Shown: piece after piece, positions 28,267-38,101 of the stretch | Numbering within the stretch: position 1 is the stretch's first letter | How the letters are laid out: each line of letters opens with the position of its first letter | IMG/VR virus record: IMGVR_UViG_3300018080_000002 | Coordinates: 64,001-128,000 of that record | Source: a virus | Direction: 5' to 3' (one strand) | DNA: 64,000 nt | The notes under the pieces: model-generated | Told to the model about the DNA's origin: nothing | The model's input: only the letters and a program-made list of their open reading frames with translations | The model's database searches: none | Made by a program: the position numbers and the translations under genes

Positions 28267-29025
28267 ATGAGAGAACGTAAAGATATAGAACTGCTGCTCA
28301 AAAAATTTCTGAAAAAATCCCCTAGAAAAGATGATGAAGTACATGCCTTTGCAGAAAAAGCAGGGATAGATCCACACGATTTAGAGGGTATGATATACTC
28401 GATAGCGTTTAAAGCATTGAATGGTAGGTATCTGAAACACTGGGATGTTCCAGATGATAAGTTTGATCCTGATGAGTTGGCTATGGGTGTTGAGATTGAA
28501 TTAGAGCATACAGGAGATAGGAAAATAGCAGAGGTGATAGCAAAGGCTCATTTGTTGGAGTTGCCTGACTATTACACTCGGCTTAAGAAAATGGAAAACG
28601 AAAGCGATTTCGCAGAGTGGTGCGAACAGGCATATGCAAATGCTAAAAGTCTAAAGATGATGTGCGAGTCCTCGTCAAAGCAGGGTTTTTTTGAAAAGAA
28701 AGGCGGAAAACTGAGCGGAGTCTATTTTGGAAATGACTTTGATCATAAGATTAGTTTTGATTATGTTTCGGACAAGACTGCGGAAATGCTTAAGGGGTTG
28801 GATGATGGTGTGTACTCAGTCAATTACAACCCGTCAAACAGCAGCATTGAAAATGTTGCAAAGATAGATGTGAGAAAAGAGCTGAGTAAGCTGAAAAAGA
28901 CTAAGAGTAAGATTGTCAAGTTTAGAACCACACAGAAGCAGAGGTTTACCAAGTCTGCTAGAACAAGAATCCACCAAGCTGATGATATCAGGAGAAGAAA
29001 GATAGATTGGCTTGAAAGGGTGTAG
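28267..29025 (+). CDS. DUF5661-like phage protein
   Basis: ELAMGVEIELEHT...IAKAHL.E.PDYYTRL. Confidence 0.7.
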   Translation: MRERKDIELLLKKFLKKSPRKDDEVHAFAEKAGIDPHDLEGMIYSIAFKALNGRYLKHWDVPDDKFDPDELAMGVEIELEHTGDRKIAEVIAKAHLLELPDYYTRLKKMENESDFAEWCEQAYANAKSLKMMCESSSKQGFFEKKGGKLSGVYFGNDFDHKISFDYVSDKTAEMLKGLDDGVYSVNYNPSNSSIENVAKIDVRKELSKLKKTKSKIVKFRTTQKQRFTKSARTRIHQADDIRRRKIDWLERV

Positions 29026-29034
29026 GAGTTTGAA

Positions 29035-29538
29035 ATTTATAAAAATAGAGAGCTGATCAATAAGACAAATGAACAATTATTAGATATTATATTTGAATCT
29101 ATTGTTCCCAAACATAGATATGCTTTTAATGCTGTTAAGTCTTTGCATAAAAAACAGTGGTTCCAAGGAAAACATAAGGATTGGGGTTCAGATGAATCCG
29201 ATTATTTTTTTCCTTTTGATAAATATAAAAATATGGCAGAGGAGTTTTTTTTAGTTTCGATTCCTGTGAAAGATCTGGATATTGTGGATGTTGGTGATAA
29301 AGATAGACTAAATAGATATGTGGAATTGATAAAATCAGGTGTGGATATGGGTCCATCATGGGGTGTCTACGGTAGATTTAGACGGAGCGGAGAGTTTGTG
29401 GAGCCTCATACTAAAGGTAAGATTAGCGTATTAGATGGAAACCATAGGGCTTTAGCATCTAAAAAGGCGGGTAAATCTCATATTATGGTTATAATTCCAG
29501 ATATTTCTTTTAATAAATATGTTGAGGACACACCATGA
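29035..29538 (+). CDS. ParB/Srx-like domain protein; probable ATT start with leader
   Basis: VLDGNHRALA; frame open to ATT 29035, start context homologous to gene 30618. Confidence 0.7.
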   Translation: MYKNRELINKTNEQLLDIIFESIVPKHRYAFNAVKSLHKKQWFQGKHKDWGSDESDYFFPFDKYKNMAEEFFLVSIPVKDLDIVDVGDKDRLNRYVELIKSGVDMGPSWGVYGRFRRSGEFVEPHTKGKISVLDGNHRALASKKAGKSHIMVIIPDISFNKYVEDTP

Positions 29539-30608
29539 TTACTACTCATTTGAATGAGTTTTTATTAGTAAATCAAAAGGCTGTTTCTTTGATGGAGATG
29601 GTTTTTTCTGGATATACGAAATACGATAATCTTACGGTATTTTTTTCCAAGCAGAGAAAGCCCTCTATAGCTATTTTGAGAAAAGGCAATAGGTATGATG
29701 TTTTGTTTTTCAAGCAAGGTAGGATGGGTCTAGTCCTTTATAATATTTTGGGTATGGGTAGAGGACAGGGGGTTTCTGACGAGAAAATTTTTGATTTGAT
29801 GTTGGAGAAATCTAAGGAAGTTGGTTTGTTGAAAAAGTTTCATTCCAATTTAACTGGACCAAAACTGATTGATTTATTGATAGTAAAAAGCGGTGTTCAG
29901 ACTGAAGTTTTAAAAGACATTTTTCCAGATATTGATTTTGAGGAAAAGGGTGTTAAGACTCAGATTGGAAAATTCAATATTATAGGCTTATCTAAGAAAA
30001 ACGAAAAGATCGTAGAATCATTGATTGACAAATCGTCCGATCTAATCAGGAAAGCAGGATATGGTCATATACTTTATGGCGATGTGGTTATTGTTACTAG
30101 GGGTTCTATATCCCAGAGAGCTGCGGCTGATTATGGCGAAAAATCAGACAATATCAGGTTGAAATTACCTGTTAAAATATTTGATCATGCTGTCCAGAGT
30201 CTCATTCATGAGTTGGGACATAGGCAATATTATAAATTTAAGACTGACCAAACAGCGGTCCATCGGCGATGGCTCCAGGCTACTAGTAAATATCCCATAT
30301 TGCGAATAGGAGACCGGGTAAAAGAACCTGATTCTGATAGGGAATTTTCGGTTACTGGTATTAAGTCTATTCGATCTGGAAACGTCAAGTACCAAGGATA
30401 TTATATGGATGATCCTGGCAGAAAATTGATTGCTAGTGATCATATAGCTCTTTGGGATAAGCTGACTGGAGAGAGCGACAGGGATGTTTTATCTGTATCA
30501 CGATATGCCATGAGTAATGAGAGAGAGTTTTATGCAGAGGTTTTTGCTCATGGGGTTTTAGGAAATAAAAATGCTTTGCAATGGATCAAAGAGGTGTCAT
30601 CTAAGTAG
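29535..30608 (+). CDS. Zn metallopeptidase (MPTase/lethal-factor-like) protein
   Basis: LIHELGH...SRYAMSNEREFYAEVF. Confidence 0.75.
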   Translation: MITTHLNEFLLVNQKAVSLMEMVFSGYTKYDNLTVFFSKQRKPSIAILRKGNRYDVLFFKQGRMGLVLYNILGMGRGQGVSDEKIFDLMLEKSKEVGLLKKFHSNLTGPKLIDLLIVKSGVQTEVLKDIFPDIDFEEKGVKTQIGKFNIIGLSKKNEKIVESLIDKSSDLIRKAGYGHILYGDVVIVTRGSISQRAAADYGEKSDNIRLKLPVKIFDHAVQSLIHELGHRQYYKFKTDQTAVHRRWLQATSKYPILRIGDRVKEPDSDREFSVTGIKSIRSGNVKYQGYYMDDPGRKLIASDHIALWDKLTGESDRDVLSVSRYAMSNEREFYAEVFAHGVLGNKNALQWIKEVSSK

Positions 30609-30617
30609 GGGTTTAAA

Positions 30618-30992
30618 ATGTATAAAGCTAGGGATTTAATTGACGAGACTAACAATGTGGTGTCTTCGGTATTAGATGAAGAATCAATGAAAGTTATTAG
30701 GAAAGTAGATCAAGCTAAACCTGAAGATAAGGTTACAAGTGATTTTTTTGAGTATCTTTTGAGTAAAAAATTGAGAGTTGGATATAATGTTGATGATATG
30801 AGGGGTATTATTGATTTGGGTGAAATTGGAGATTTATATTTTGGTATGTCGTCTAATGATCCTAGTGTTTTTTTCTCTATAAATGATAAACATTTTACCC
30901 ATAGTTTTAAAGTTAGCATGGGTGAAAGTGTTAAATCTGTAATTGAATCTATTTTGAAATTTCGTAAGGTAGTTAATAATTACAGTGAATAA
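30618..30992 (+). CDS. Leader-bearing hypothetical protein
   Basis: MYKARDLIDETNNVVSSVLDEE. Confidence 0.7.
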   Translation: MYKARDLIDETNNVVSSVLDEESMKVIRKVDQAKPEDKVTSDFFEYLLSKKLRVGYNVDDMRGIIDLGEIGDLYFGMSSNDPSVFFSINDKHFTHSFKVSMGESVKSVIESILKFRKVVNNYSE

Positions 30993-31015
30993 TTGATGAA
31001 TGGAGGTTTGATTTT

Positions 31016-31582
31016 ATGTCGAATATTTTAAAAGAATTTGAAAGTTTTGGTTTAATAAACAAAAAAAAGACTACTCAAGAGGCTTACATTGATCCTGAGC
31101 AAGAGCAGGAACAGGACGGTGCAGAACCAGAGGGTCCAGAGGATGATGAGCCTAGAGCAGATGATATTGGGCAAGACTCTGAAGAGGAGGGTATGATCCA
31201 GGTTCCAGAGGAAACCAAAGAAAAGGTCATGGAGCTGCATAAGCTGGCTGGTGAAGTCTATGGATTGATGGCTGGTGAGCCTGAGACGGGTCAGGAAACA
31301 GAGGAATCATATGATGCCCAACCAGACGACGAAACTCCTCCTGAAGCTGTTGGCGATCCTGACGATACTCCTGAAGATGATAAGACCGTTGATGCTACTA
31401 TTGATGAGCTTATATCGACAAGTTGGGGTGGTGATAACGAGAGTCAGGGGAAAGCGATAGAGCTGCTTAAGGGGTTGGCTTTTTCTGATGATCCGAAAGC
31501 GAATGCGTTTATGATGAAACTGGATGAGTTGACATCCGGTATGGACGCTAGTGCGTTAGGTGAGAGTAAAAAGAAAGCTTAA
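31016..31582 (+). CDS. Acidic hypothetical protein, putative head-internal
   Basis: GGAGG SD; E/D-rich. Confidence 0.75.
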   Translation: MSNILKEFESFGLINKKKTTQEAYIDPEQEQEQDGAEPEGPEDDEPRADDIGQDSEEEGMIQVPEETKEKVMELHKLAGEVYGLMAGEPETGQETEESYDAQPDDETPPEAVGDPDDTPEDDKTVDATIDELISTSWGGDNESQGKAIELLKGLAFSDDPKANAFMMKLDELTSGMDASALGESKKKA

Positions 31583-31595
31583 ATAGAGGTCCAGT

Positions 31596-32366
31596 ATGGA
31601 TAATGCAGAATTAATTCATATCGTCCAGAAAAAGCTTGGGATGCCTCAAGTAAAAGTAGAGATGGATGAATCTCAATGGGATGAGATGGTAGATGAGACT
31701 AAGCGTTGGTTCCTTGGTAAGAAAGGGATTATAGGCGCAAAGTCGATGTATATTGTTCCTAAGAGACCAGTTAAGTTTAGTACGATAGATACCACTCATG
31801 GGGTGGACAGCATCGTAGATGTTATCTTTGGTGTAGATCCTGCGTTAAATGGTCTGTTTTATGATTGCATTTTCGGGGTATTTACCAATGGGTATCCTAT
31901 TGTGGGAGCGTCTGTTTTTAAAACCCATTTCGGTCTATTTTCCTCTAGTCGCTATGCTCAGATGGTTATGGCTTTAGAGGAAAGACATAGGATCTATGGT
32001 TCTGAATATGACTGGTGGATTCTCGAAGGTGAGAATTATGATGGTGATGATAATCTGATCATAGACGGTCGAGATGATGGTACAGGGGTGCTCTGTATCG
32101 TTAAATTTAAGCCAAGGTTAAAGCCTAGAGATCTCAACTTAGAATGGCTCAAATCGAGAGATGAGGAGCTTGTTGTTCGTTGGGCTACAGCAGAGGCTAA
32201 GGAGATTCTTGGTCATATCCGATCTAAGTATCCAAGTTATCAGACACCTGGAGGAGATGTTTCTTTGAATGGGGAGGCGTTGCTTGAGCAGGCTAAATCC
32301 GAAAAGGAAATTTTAAACGTAGAGATATCGGAAAGCCAATTCCCGATGCCTTTTATTACGGGGTGA
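31596..32366 (+). CDS. Neck/head adaptor (T4 gp13-like)
   Basis: LG.PQVKVEM...LGHIRSKY...PGGDVSLNGE...PMPFITG. Confidence 0.85.
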   Translation: MDNAELIHIVQKKLGMPQVKVEMDESQWDEMVDETKRWFLGKKGIIGAKSMYIVPKRPVKFSTIDTTHGVDSIVDVIFGVDPALNGLFYDCIFGVFTNGYPIVGASVFKTHFGLFSSSRYAQMVMALEERHRIYGSEYDWWILEGENYDGDDNLIIDGRDDGTGVLCIVKFKPRLKPRDLNLEWLKSRDEELVVRWATAEAKEILGHIRSKYPSYQTPGGDVSLNGEALLEQAKSEKEILNVEISESQFPMPFITG

Positions 32367-32635
32367 TGATTATGAATTTTGTAGAAAACGATAATAAACT
32401 TGCAACGAAAGTGATGTTTGGACAGACATTGACGGAGGCAAGTAACGAAGAAAAAATAAGCAAACTTGAGGTCAAGTTTAACAAGTTAAGGGAAAAGGCT
32501 GAGGTTCTGAGAGATAGGCAGTTTAAGTTAGAGGATGAGCTTGAAAAGATTGTTAAGGCTGCGGATAAACTTGGAGCTGAAGAATTGTCTGGAGTGCATT
32601 TGGATGGTCTGTCTCTATCAGATTTGATGTCTTGA
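32363..32635 (+). CDS. Leader-bearing small coiled-coil protein
   Basis: ..FGQTLTE|AS; cargo resembles those of 53382 and 53656. Confidence 0.7.
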   Translation: MMIMNFVENDNKLATKVMFGQTLTEASNEEKISKLEVKFNKLREKAEVLRDRQFKLEDELEKIVKAADKLGAEELSGVHLDGLSLSDLMS

Positions 32636-32672
32636 GTAATGCGAAAGCGATTTCGTTTTTTAAGGAGTATGT

Positions 32673-33650
32673 ATGCGTAAGGTAGTCGTCACAGGGGGAT
32701 GTGGCTTTATTGGAAGTGCGTTTGTTCGTTTATTTCATGAGAAATACGATATTCTGATTGTTGATAAATTCACATATGCGGCAGATCCTATTAGGATAGA
32801 GGGGTGTAAGCATAGCATTTGGAAAGAGGATATTGCTAAGGAAAATTGGCATGATGAACTGGTGAGATGGAAACCGGATGTTATTGTGAATTTCGCGGCT
32901 GAGTCTCATGTTGATAGATCGATTCATTCGGACCAGGTTTTTCTTGATGCGAATACTGGAGGGACTTTAAATCTTTTAAGGTACTGTAACGTCATGGGAT
33001 GTAGGATGGTTCAGGTATCTACAGACGAGGTGTATGGATCTATACGAGAGGGTGCTTTTTTTGAGCATGATAGATTTAACCCTCGTAATCCATACAGTGC
33101 CTCTAAAGCGGCTGCGGAGCATTTCTGCAACGCTTATTATGCGACACATAAGATTGATGTCGTTGGCACCAGAGGAGCTAATACCTACGGTCCTTGGCAG
33201 TATGCTGAAAAACTTATACCTGTAGCTTTAAAGAAATTGTATGATGGAGGTAAAGTCCCGGTATATGGCATAGGTGCTCAGATCAGAGATTGGTTGTATG
33301 TGGATGATCACGCCAAAGCCATTGAGCATGTTATGCTGCATGGTAAGGCTGGAGAGTTTTATAATGTTCCTGGCACCAAAGAATTGCAGAATATTGATTT
33401 AGTCAAATCTTTGATACAGACTTGTAAAGCTAGAGGTTGGGACATAGACGTTGATAATAGCATTGAATTTGTGGCTGATAGAAAGGGTCACGATTTTAGA
33501 TACAGCATGAATGGTGGAAAAATACACAGTATAGGCTTTTTTAAAACAACGATGTTTGAGGATGGATTGAACGCTACTGTGGATCACTATAAGAGGGTGT
33601 TTGATAAACAAAAATGTTTAAGAGGGGTAAGTAATGGGAACAATACCTAG
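32673..33650 (+). CDS. rfbB: dTDP-glucose 4,6-dehydratase
   Basis: TGGCGFIG, AAESHVDRSI, STDEVYG, YSASK, RDWLYV.DH, DRKGHD.RY. Confidence 0.93.
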   Translation: MRKVVVTGGCGFIGSAFVRLFHEKYDILIVDKFTYAADPIRIEGCKHSIWKEDIAKENWHDELVRWKPDVIVNFAAESHVDRSIHSDQVFLDANTGGTLNLLRYCNVMGCRMVQVSTDEVYGSIREGAFFEHDRFNPRNPYSASKAAAEHFCNAYYATHKIDVVGTRGANTYGPWQYAEKLIPVALKKLYDGGKVPVYGIGAQIRDWLYVDDHAKAIEHVMLHGKAGEFYNVPGTKELQNIDLVKSLIQTCKARGWDIDVDNSIEFVADRKGHDFRYSMNGGKIHSIGFFKTTMFEDGLNATVDHYKRVFDKQKCLRGVSNGNNT

Positions 33651-34182
33651 CACAGAAATTTGTGGCCGAGCCATCGCAGACGGAATGTTAGTTCCGATCT
33701 CATATGATGATGGTGCTAAACAGGAATATGGTTTTATCGGCAATGTGAGAAAAGGTGGTCCGACAGATTTTTTCTGGAGAGTAACCAAGGCTGAATTAGT
33801 AGATTGGAAAATCTCGAAAGATGATTTGATGGATTGCGTTCGTCAATTATCTGAGATGGGCAATATAGAGCAGTTGAGAGACATGCTTGGTATTAGCCCA
33901 GGTCAGGGTTTAAAGTATTGCGATTTTGGTCTTAGGAGCGAAACCAATCCTAAGATTTGTTGTCGAGTGGTTGTCAATTCGAGGACAGCATACGGTCATC
34001 CGTACTGGGATGCTGATGGTGGTGCTCCAAGCAATTTCAACGATTATGGTCAGGTAATAGAGATTTATTTCTATTATGATATTCATAATGTCGTATCTGG
34101 GGAAGAAACGGATGATCGATTGGTTGGCGATATGAATAAGCTACTATTTGGAGATGGTGTAACTGTTCCTACTTTACTTTAA
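33634..34182 (+). CDS. Hypothetical protein
   Basis: ORF with SD. Confidence 0.7.
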   Translation: MGTIPSTEICGRAIADGMLVPISYDDGAKQEYGFIGNVRKGGPTDFFWRVTKAELVDWKISKDDLMDCVRQLSEMGNIEQLRDMLGISPGQGLKYCDFGLRSETNPKICCRVVVNSRTAYGHPYWDADGGAPSNFNDYGQVIEIYFYYDIHNVVSGEETDDRLVGDMNKLLFGDGVTVPTLL

Positions 34183-34193
34183 GGAAAGAGAAT

Positions 34194-34406
34194 ATGAGGC
34201 AGTTCAAAAAAAGACCGATCAAGGATTTTATGGCTGTTGACATTAAAGAGGACATAGCCTCTAGCGCGACAGTGCCGGGTTTTACGATTGAGGGTGAATG
34301 GAATGGTATCAATAATTTCATGTCAGATCTTAAATATCACTTAACGATTTTGAGTCAGAAACATGGTGTTAAGGTGGTATCATCTGGGGAACCTGAAGAT
34401 GGGTAG
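34194..34406 (+). CDS. Hypothetical protein
   Basis: ORF in operon. Confidence 0.6.
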   Translation: MRQFKKRPIKDFMAVDIKEDIASSATVPGFTIEGEWNGINNFMSDLKYHLTILSQKHGVKVVSSGEPEDG

Positions 34407-34890
34407 ATTACGAGATGGTTATGAAAATCCTTTGTTCCAGCATTACAGCTCTGAGATAGTAGATTTGTATGGGACTGACGAGGTGATCTTGTATCGATTT
34501 GATGAGGCGTTATCTGATTCTGTAGCAGATCCTCTATGGGACGAGTATGCTCCAGCTCCTAAATATCGAGCTTTTAAAATCAAGGGATTTAGGTTTGACA
34601 TAAGTAGGGATGGCAGCACAAATTCCCCTCATGGAAAAAATACTGAGATCGATGTTACATCTACGATATCCAGAAATCACTTGGACCATGCAGGAGTCCC
34701 TACAGATGTGGATGGGAGGATGGTGAGAGAGGGTGACGTCCTATTGTTTCACGAAAGAGGAGATACGTTCTACTACGATATTATTGGCACGAACAGAAAA
34801 GGTCATGTGAACAACACTGATTCGTGGACATATGTAGAATGTACGATGAAACGACGAGAAAAGTTCACTCCAGAACGAAAACTTCCGTAG
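34399..34890 (+). CDS. Head-closure/neck protein (gp14-like)
   Basis: G..VILY...DPLWDE...EGDVL...YDII; near the gp13-like gene. Confidence 0.55.
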   Translation: MGRLRDGYENPLFQHYSSEIVDLYGTDEVILYRFDEALSDSVADPLWDEYAPAPKYRAFKIKGFRFDISRDGSTNSPHGKNTEIDVTSTISRNHLDHAGVPTDVDGRMVREGDVLLFHERGDTFYYDIIGTNRKGHVNNTDSWTYVECTMKRREKFTPERKLP

Positions 34891-34901
34891 GAGGGTGTTA
34901 T

Positions 34902-35444
34902 ATGCCGCTTAAAAAATCATGCAGTATAAAGGCGTATAAAGACAATGTCGCAGAGTTAATTGGCTCTGGACGCAAACCTAACCAAGCCGTTGCAATCGCC
35001 ATCAGGACGCTAAAAACGGCTTGTGGGGTGGAATCTGATAAGAGGATGAGTCCCAAGCAGATTGTTGGAGAATCGCTAAGATTGCCGAGATTACGCGAAA
35101 TGGCATCCAGTTTAAAAAGCTTTGGAAAATTAGGCTTTTACAACGGATACGATAATTTTGGCGATGTTTTGGATAAATTCGAGGATTTACGGATAGAGTT
35201 ACGACCAACCAAAAATGATTTTAAGGTGATTGAGGATTTTAAAAAGCAGAACGAAAGCGATGGCGATAAGGATCATCGTGATTATTGGTCTGGTATCGCT
35301 AGGCAATGTAATTACGTTACTGATTGTTTGAGATTGTATGGTTTAGCTTTGGAAAATCAGGTTCCAGGTTTGGATGATATTTTTCAGAAAAGAGCGATTC
35401 AGTTGGCTAATAGAGATCGATGGATAAACATAGAGGAGCTATGA
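34902..35444 (+). CDS. Phage protein with MPLKK..QAVAIA N-terminal motif
   Basis: MPLKKSCSIKAYKDNVAELIGSGRKPNQAVAIA. Confidence 0.7.
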   Translation: MPLKKSCSIKAYKDNVAELIGSGRKPNQAVAIAIRTLKTACGVESDKRMSPKQIVGESLRLPRLREMASSLKSFGKLGFYNGYDNFGDVLDKFEDLRIELRPTKNDFKVIEDFKKQNESDGDKDHRDYWSGIARQCNYVTDCLRLYGLALENQVPGLDDIFQKRAIQLANRDRWINIEEL

Positions 35445-35785
35445 TGTATAGGTTAGCAAATGATTTAAACGAATTTGACAAGTTGATCAGAACTCTGAAG
35501 GAAGATGATGATGAGCCTCAGATCAAATCGACAGATAAGGTTGATTATGGTGACGATGATGTCAATGAGGCTGACTTCGGAGCTTATGTCAAAAAGGTCA
35601 AAAATGTCATGAATGCGTTTCGTAAGATAGGCATGAACATAGAGGATTTGATTGCGGATCAATCGACACCCTCTGAGTTGAAAGACTATCTTATGGAGTT
35701 GGATAAGGATGTGAGTAAGAGTTACATGAAATTGTATAAATTTGCTCACAGGGTTAAAGTCAGACATTACAAAAATGGAGAATAA
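35441..35785 (+). CDS. Hypothetical protein, putative head-internal
   Basis: GAGGAG SD; LKE and VNE sites. Confidence 0.7.
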   Translation: MMYRLANDLNEFDKLIRTLKEDDDEPQIKSTDKVDYGDDDVNEADFGAYVKKVKNVMNAFRKIGMNIEDLIADQSTPSELKDYLMELDKDVSKSYMKLYKFAHRVKVRHYKNGE

Positions 35786-35788
35786 GGT

Positions 35789-36142
35789 ATGAGACACGCA
35801 GAAAAAATCAAGACTATTGGTGCTGGACTATTAAGTGAAAGCAATCATGTGTTGAAAAACGATATTGCGGAGACGAATGCGATCTTGGAAAGGGTTGCTC
35901 ATGGTTTAGAGGAAGTGAGGACTGCTGAAGAGGATTTTGAAGAATCTCTTTTTGATGAAATTGTTGAATTTGTAGTTGTGAAATATAAGCAGCAGTATCC
36001 TGACATTACTCCAGATGAACTCGCTATGAAAGCATCTGCTCTGTTCCTTACTCTGAGTAAGGCTAAGTCGGTTGTTAGGAGTGATGCAAAGCGAATGGCT
36101 AAAAAAACGGGATTAGAGAGACAAATAAAAAGAGGTTTGTAA
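35789..36142 (+). CDS. Hypothetical protein, putative head-internal
   Basis: Leader ending LLSE. Confidence 0.7.
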   Translation: MRHAEKIKTIGAGLLSESNHVLKNDIAETNAILERVAHGLEEVRTAEEDFEESLFDEIVEFVVVKYKQQYPDITPDELAMKASALFLTLSKAKSVVRSDAKRMAKKTGLERQIKRGL

Positions 36143-36618
36143 TGCGAGAACAATATTTACAAGAGATGGAAATTATAACTGATTTACTTGAGGGTTCAGG
36201 TGAGTCGGTTGTAGAAAGCGTCAATGATTATTTCTCTGCTGAAGATAAGATGAAGAGTTTGGTAGTGACTTATCTTAAGGCTAGACAATCTCTCAAAGAT
36301 TGGATCGACAAAAACAAGCCGGATGATCCTTTAGCTTTTTTAAGTGATGATCCAGAGCCAAAAGAGGCAAAGTCTTTGAGGTTGAAAAAGGAAAAAGCGG
36401 CAAGTAATGCTGAAAAGTTTTTTACTAAGTTTCTTGCTGCTTATATAGCTGAACCTGAAGTGGGAAGGGCTAATTTCAAATCAGCTATGGATGGATATAT
36501 TGTATCGCCAAAGTCAGTGGAGATTGAGAAAGGCAAAAAGCATGATACGAGGTCAGCTTTGTCTGTTGCTAAAAAGATAGCTCCAAATATTGTAAAGAAT
36601 TATAGACTTTTTGATTAG
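36142..36618 (+). CDS. Leader-bearing protein (MRxQY/EF family)
   Basis: MREQYLQEMEIITDLLE. Confidence 0.75.
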   Translation: MREQYLQEMEIITDLLEGSGESVVESVNDYFSAEDKMKSLVVTYLKARQSLKDWIDKNKPDDPLAFLSDDPEPKEAKSLRLKKEKAASNAEKFFTKFLAAYIAEPEVGRANFKSAMDGYIVSPKSVEIEKGKKHDTRSALSVAKKIAPNIVKNYRLFD

Positions 36619-36624
36619 AGGATT

Positions 36625-36900
36625 GTGATGCGTAATCAATATTTGAAAGAGGTATCGGATATTGTCAATTTCATGATGGGTAAATCGGACGATATCTCTG
36701 AGGAGATTGGAGATCCTATCAATGACGATGATGATGCTGAAAAAAGGCTACAGGTTGCTTTGAAGGACATCAAAGATGTTTTGAAGAAAATACCTCATTT
36801 AAAAGATCGCAAATACATCGCTCGTATATTGGGTCAGGTTCAAGTTGATATGGATGATTTGATGAATTATTTTTCTAAAAAGAAAAGATTCAAGGGTTGA
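36625..36900 (+). CDS. Leader-bearing protein (MRxQY/EF family)
   Basis: MRNQYLKEVSDIVNF..ISEE. Confidence 0.7.
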   Translation: MMRNQYLKEVSDIVNFMMGKSDDISEEIGDPINDDDDAEKRLQVALKDIKDVLKKIPHLKDRKYIARILGQVQVDMDDLMNYFSKKKRFKG

Positions 36901-38087
36901 TGAAAGACAAAGCCTCAACAGGAGTTCCTATTATGGTAGAGGAAGCATTGGGAGACATTGTTGAGAGAGTAAAATCGAAAAGCGAAGCTCGTAGGCTGTC
37001 TATACAGACGGGAAAGGAGATTGATATGGATGGTTTTGACTTACCGGATATGGATGTGACTGTATCTGACGATAAGACCAGAATCATTGAGGACGAAAAG
37101 AAATCTGCTATTAGAATGGCCTTTCTTGGTCTGGGTCAAGGCGGTGGTAACATAGCGGATACATTCTGGAAGTATGGATATAGGCGTGTGTTAATAGTGA
37201 ACACGACTGATCAAGACTTCAAAGACATAGAATGCACGAATCGCTTGGTTATCGGAGATGATGTCAGGGGTGCTGGCAAAGATCCAGCAGTAGGTGCGAA
37301 GGTGTTTGAGGACCACAAAGAGGATGTTCTTACAGCTATAAAGAATGCCTTTGGTAAGGACGTGGAGCAAGTAATGATCTGTGTTGGTGCTGGAGGAGGG
37401 ACCGGAGGAGGTTCTGCTTCAGGTGCAGCCAAAGCGATCAAGGAATTTCTGAAAAACAATGGATCTGAAGATGCAAAAATAGGTTTCATTGTGAGTATGC
37501 CAGCCAAGCCGGAGGGTAGTGTAGTTGTCAATAACGCGGAGACGTTATTGGGTATGTTGCGTGAGTCTGTAAAGTTGAAAGAAATAAGTCCATTGGTGGT
37601 AGCTGATAATGCGAAAATTCTTAAAATTTTTCCGAATACGAAACTTGGTCAACGTTGGGATGTTATCAATCGGAGTGTTTGTGGGCTTTTTGATAGCTTT
37701 AATGTGCTTGCTGCACAGAGTTCCAGTTATGCGACCTTTGATCCACAGGATTACAAAAAGGTTCTTAACAGTGGGATGTTGATATTTGGCAGGAGTGTAT
37801 TAGGGGTTCCTGAGACTGGAACAGAGTTGAGCGATGCTATCAGAAAGAATCTTAAAGGTGGTTTTTTGAGCGAGAGATTTGCTTTAACAGCAGCCACTCA
37901 TGCGGCATCCATTATTGTTGCGAACAAAGACACCTTGGACCAGTTGGACCAGGAGGCTTATGATATGTCGTTTGAAACGCTACAGAGAGTCATAGGTTCA
38001 AAGAAACTGGTAATGTATCAGGGAATTTTCGATAACGAGAAAGTTAAGGGGATACATTATTTTACGGTAGCGGGTGGTTTAGGATAA
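36897..38087 (+). CDS. Tubulin/FtsZ-family GTPase (PhuZ/TubZ-like)
   Basis: GLGQGGGNIA, VNTT.QD, GAGKDP..G, GAGGGTGGG, DNAKI, FDPQD. Confidence 0.9.
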   Translation: MMKDKASTGVPIMVEEALGDIVERVKSKSEARRLSIQTGKEIDMDGFDLPDMDVTVSDDKTRIIEDEKKSAIRMAFLGLGQGGGNIADTFWKYGYRRVLIVNTTDQDFKDIECTNRLVIGDDVRGAGKDPAVGAKVFEDHKEDVLTAIKNAFGKDVEQVMICVGAGGGTGGGSASGAAKAIKEFLKNNGSEDAKIGFIVSMPAKPEGSVVVNNAETLLGMLRESVKLKEISPLVVADNAKILKIFPNTKLGQRWDVINRSVCGLFDSFNVLAAQSSSYATFDPQDYKKVLNSGMLIFGRSVLGVPETGTELSDAIRKNLKGGFLSERFALTAATHAASIIVANKDTLDQLDQEAYDMSFETLQRVIGSKKLVMYQGIFDNEKVKGIHYFTVAGGLG

Positions 38088-38101
38088 ACAAAGGAGAAAA
38101 T

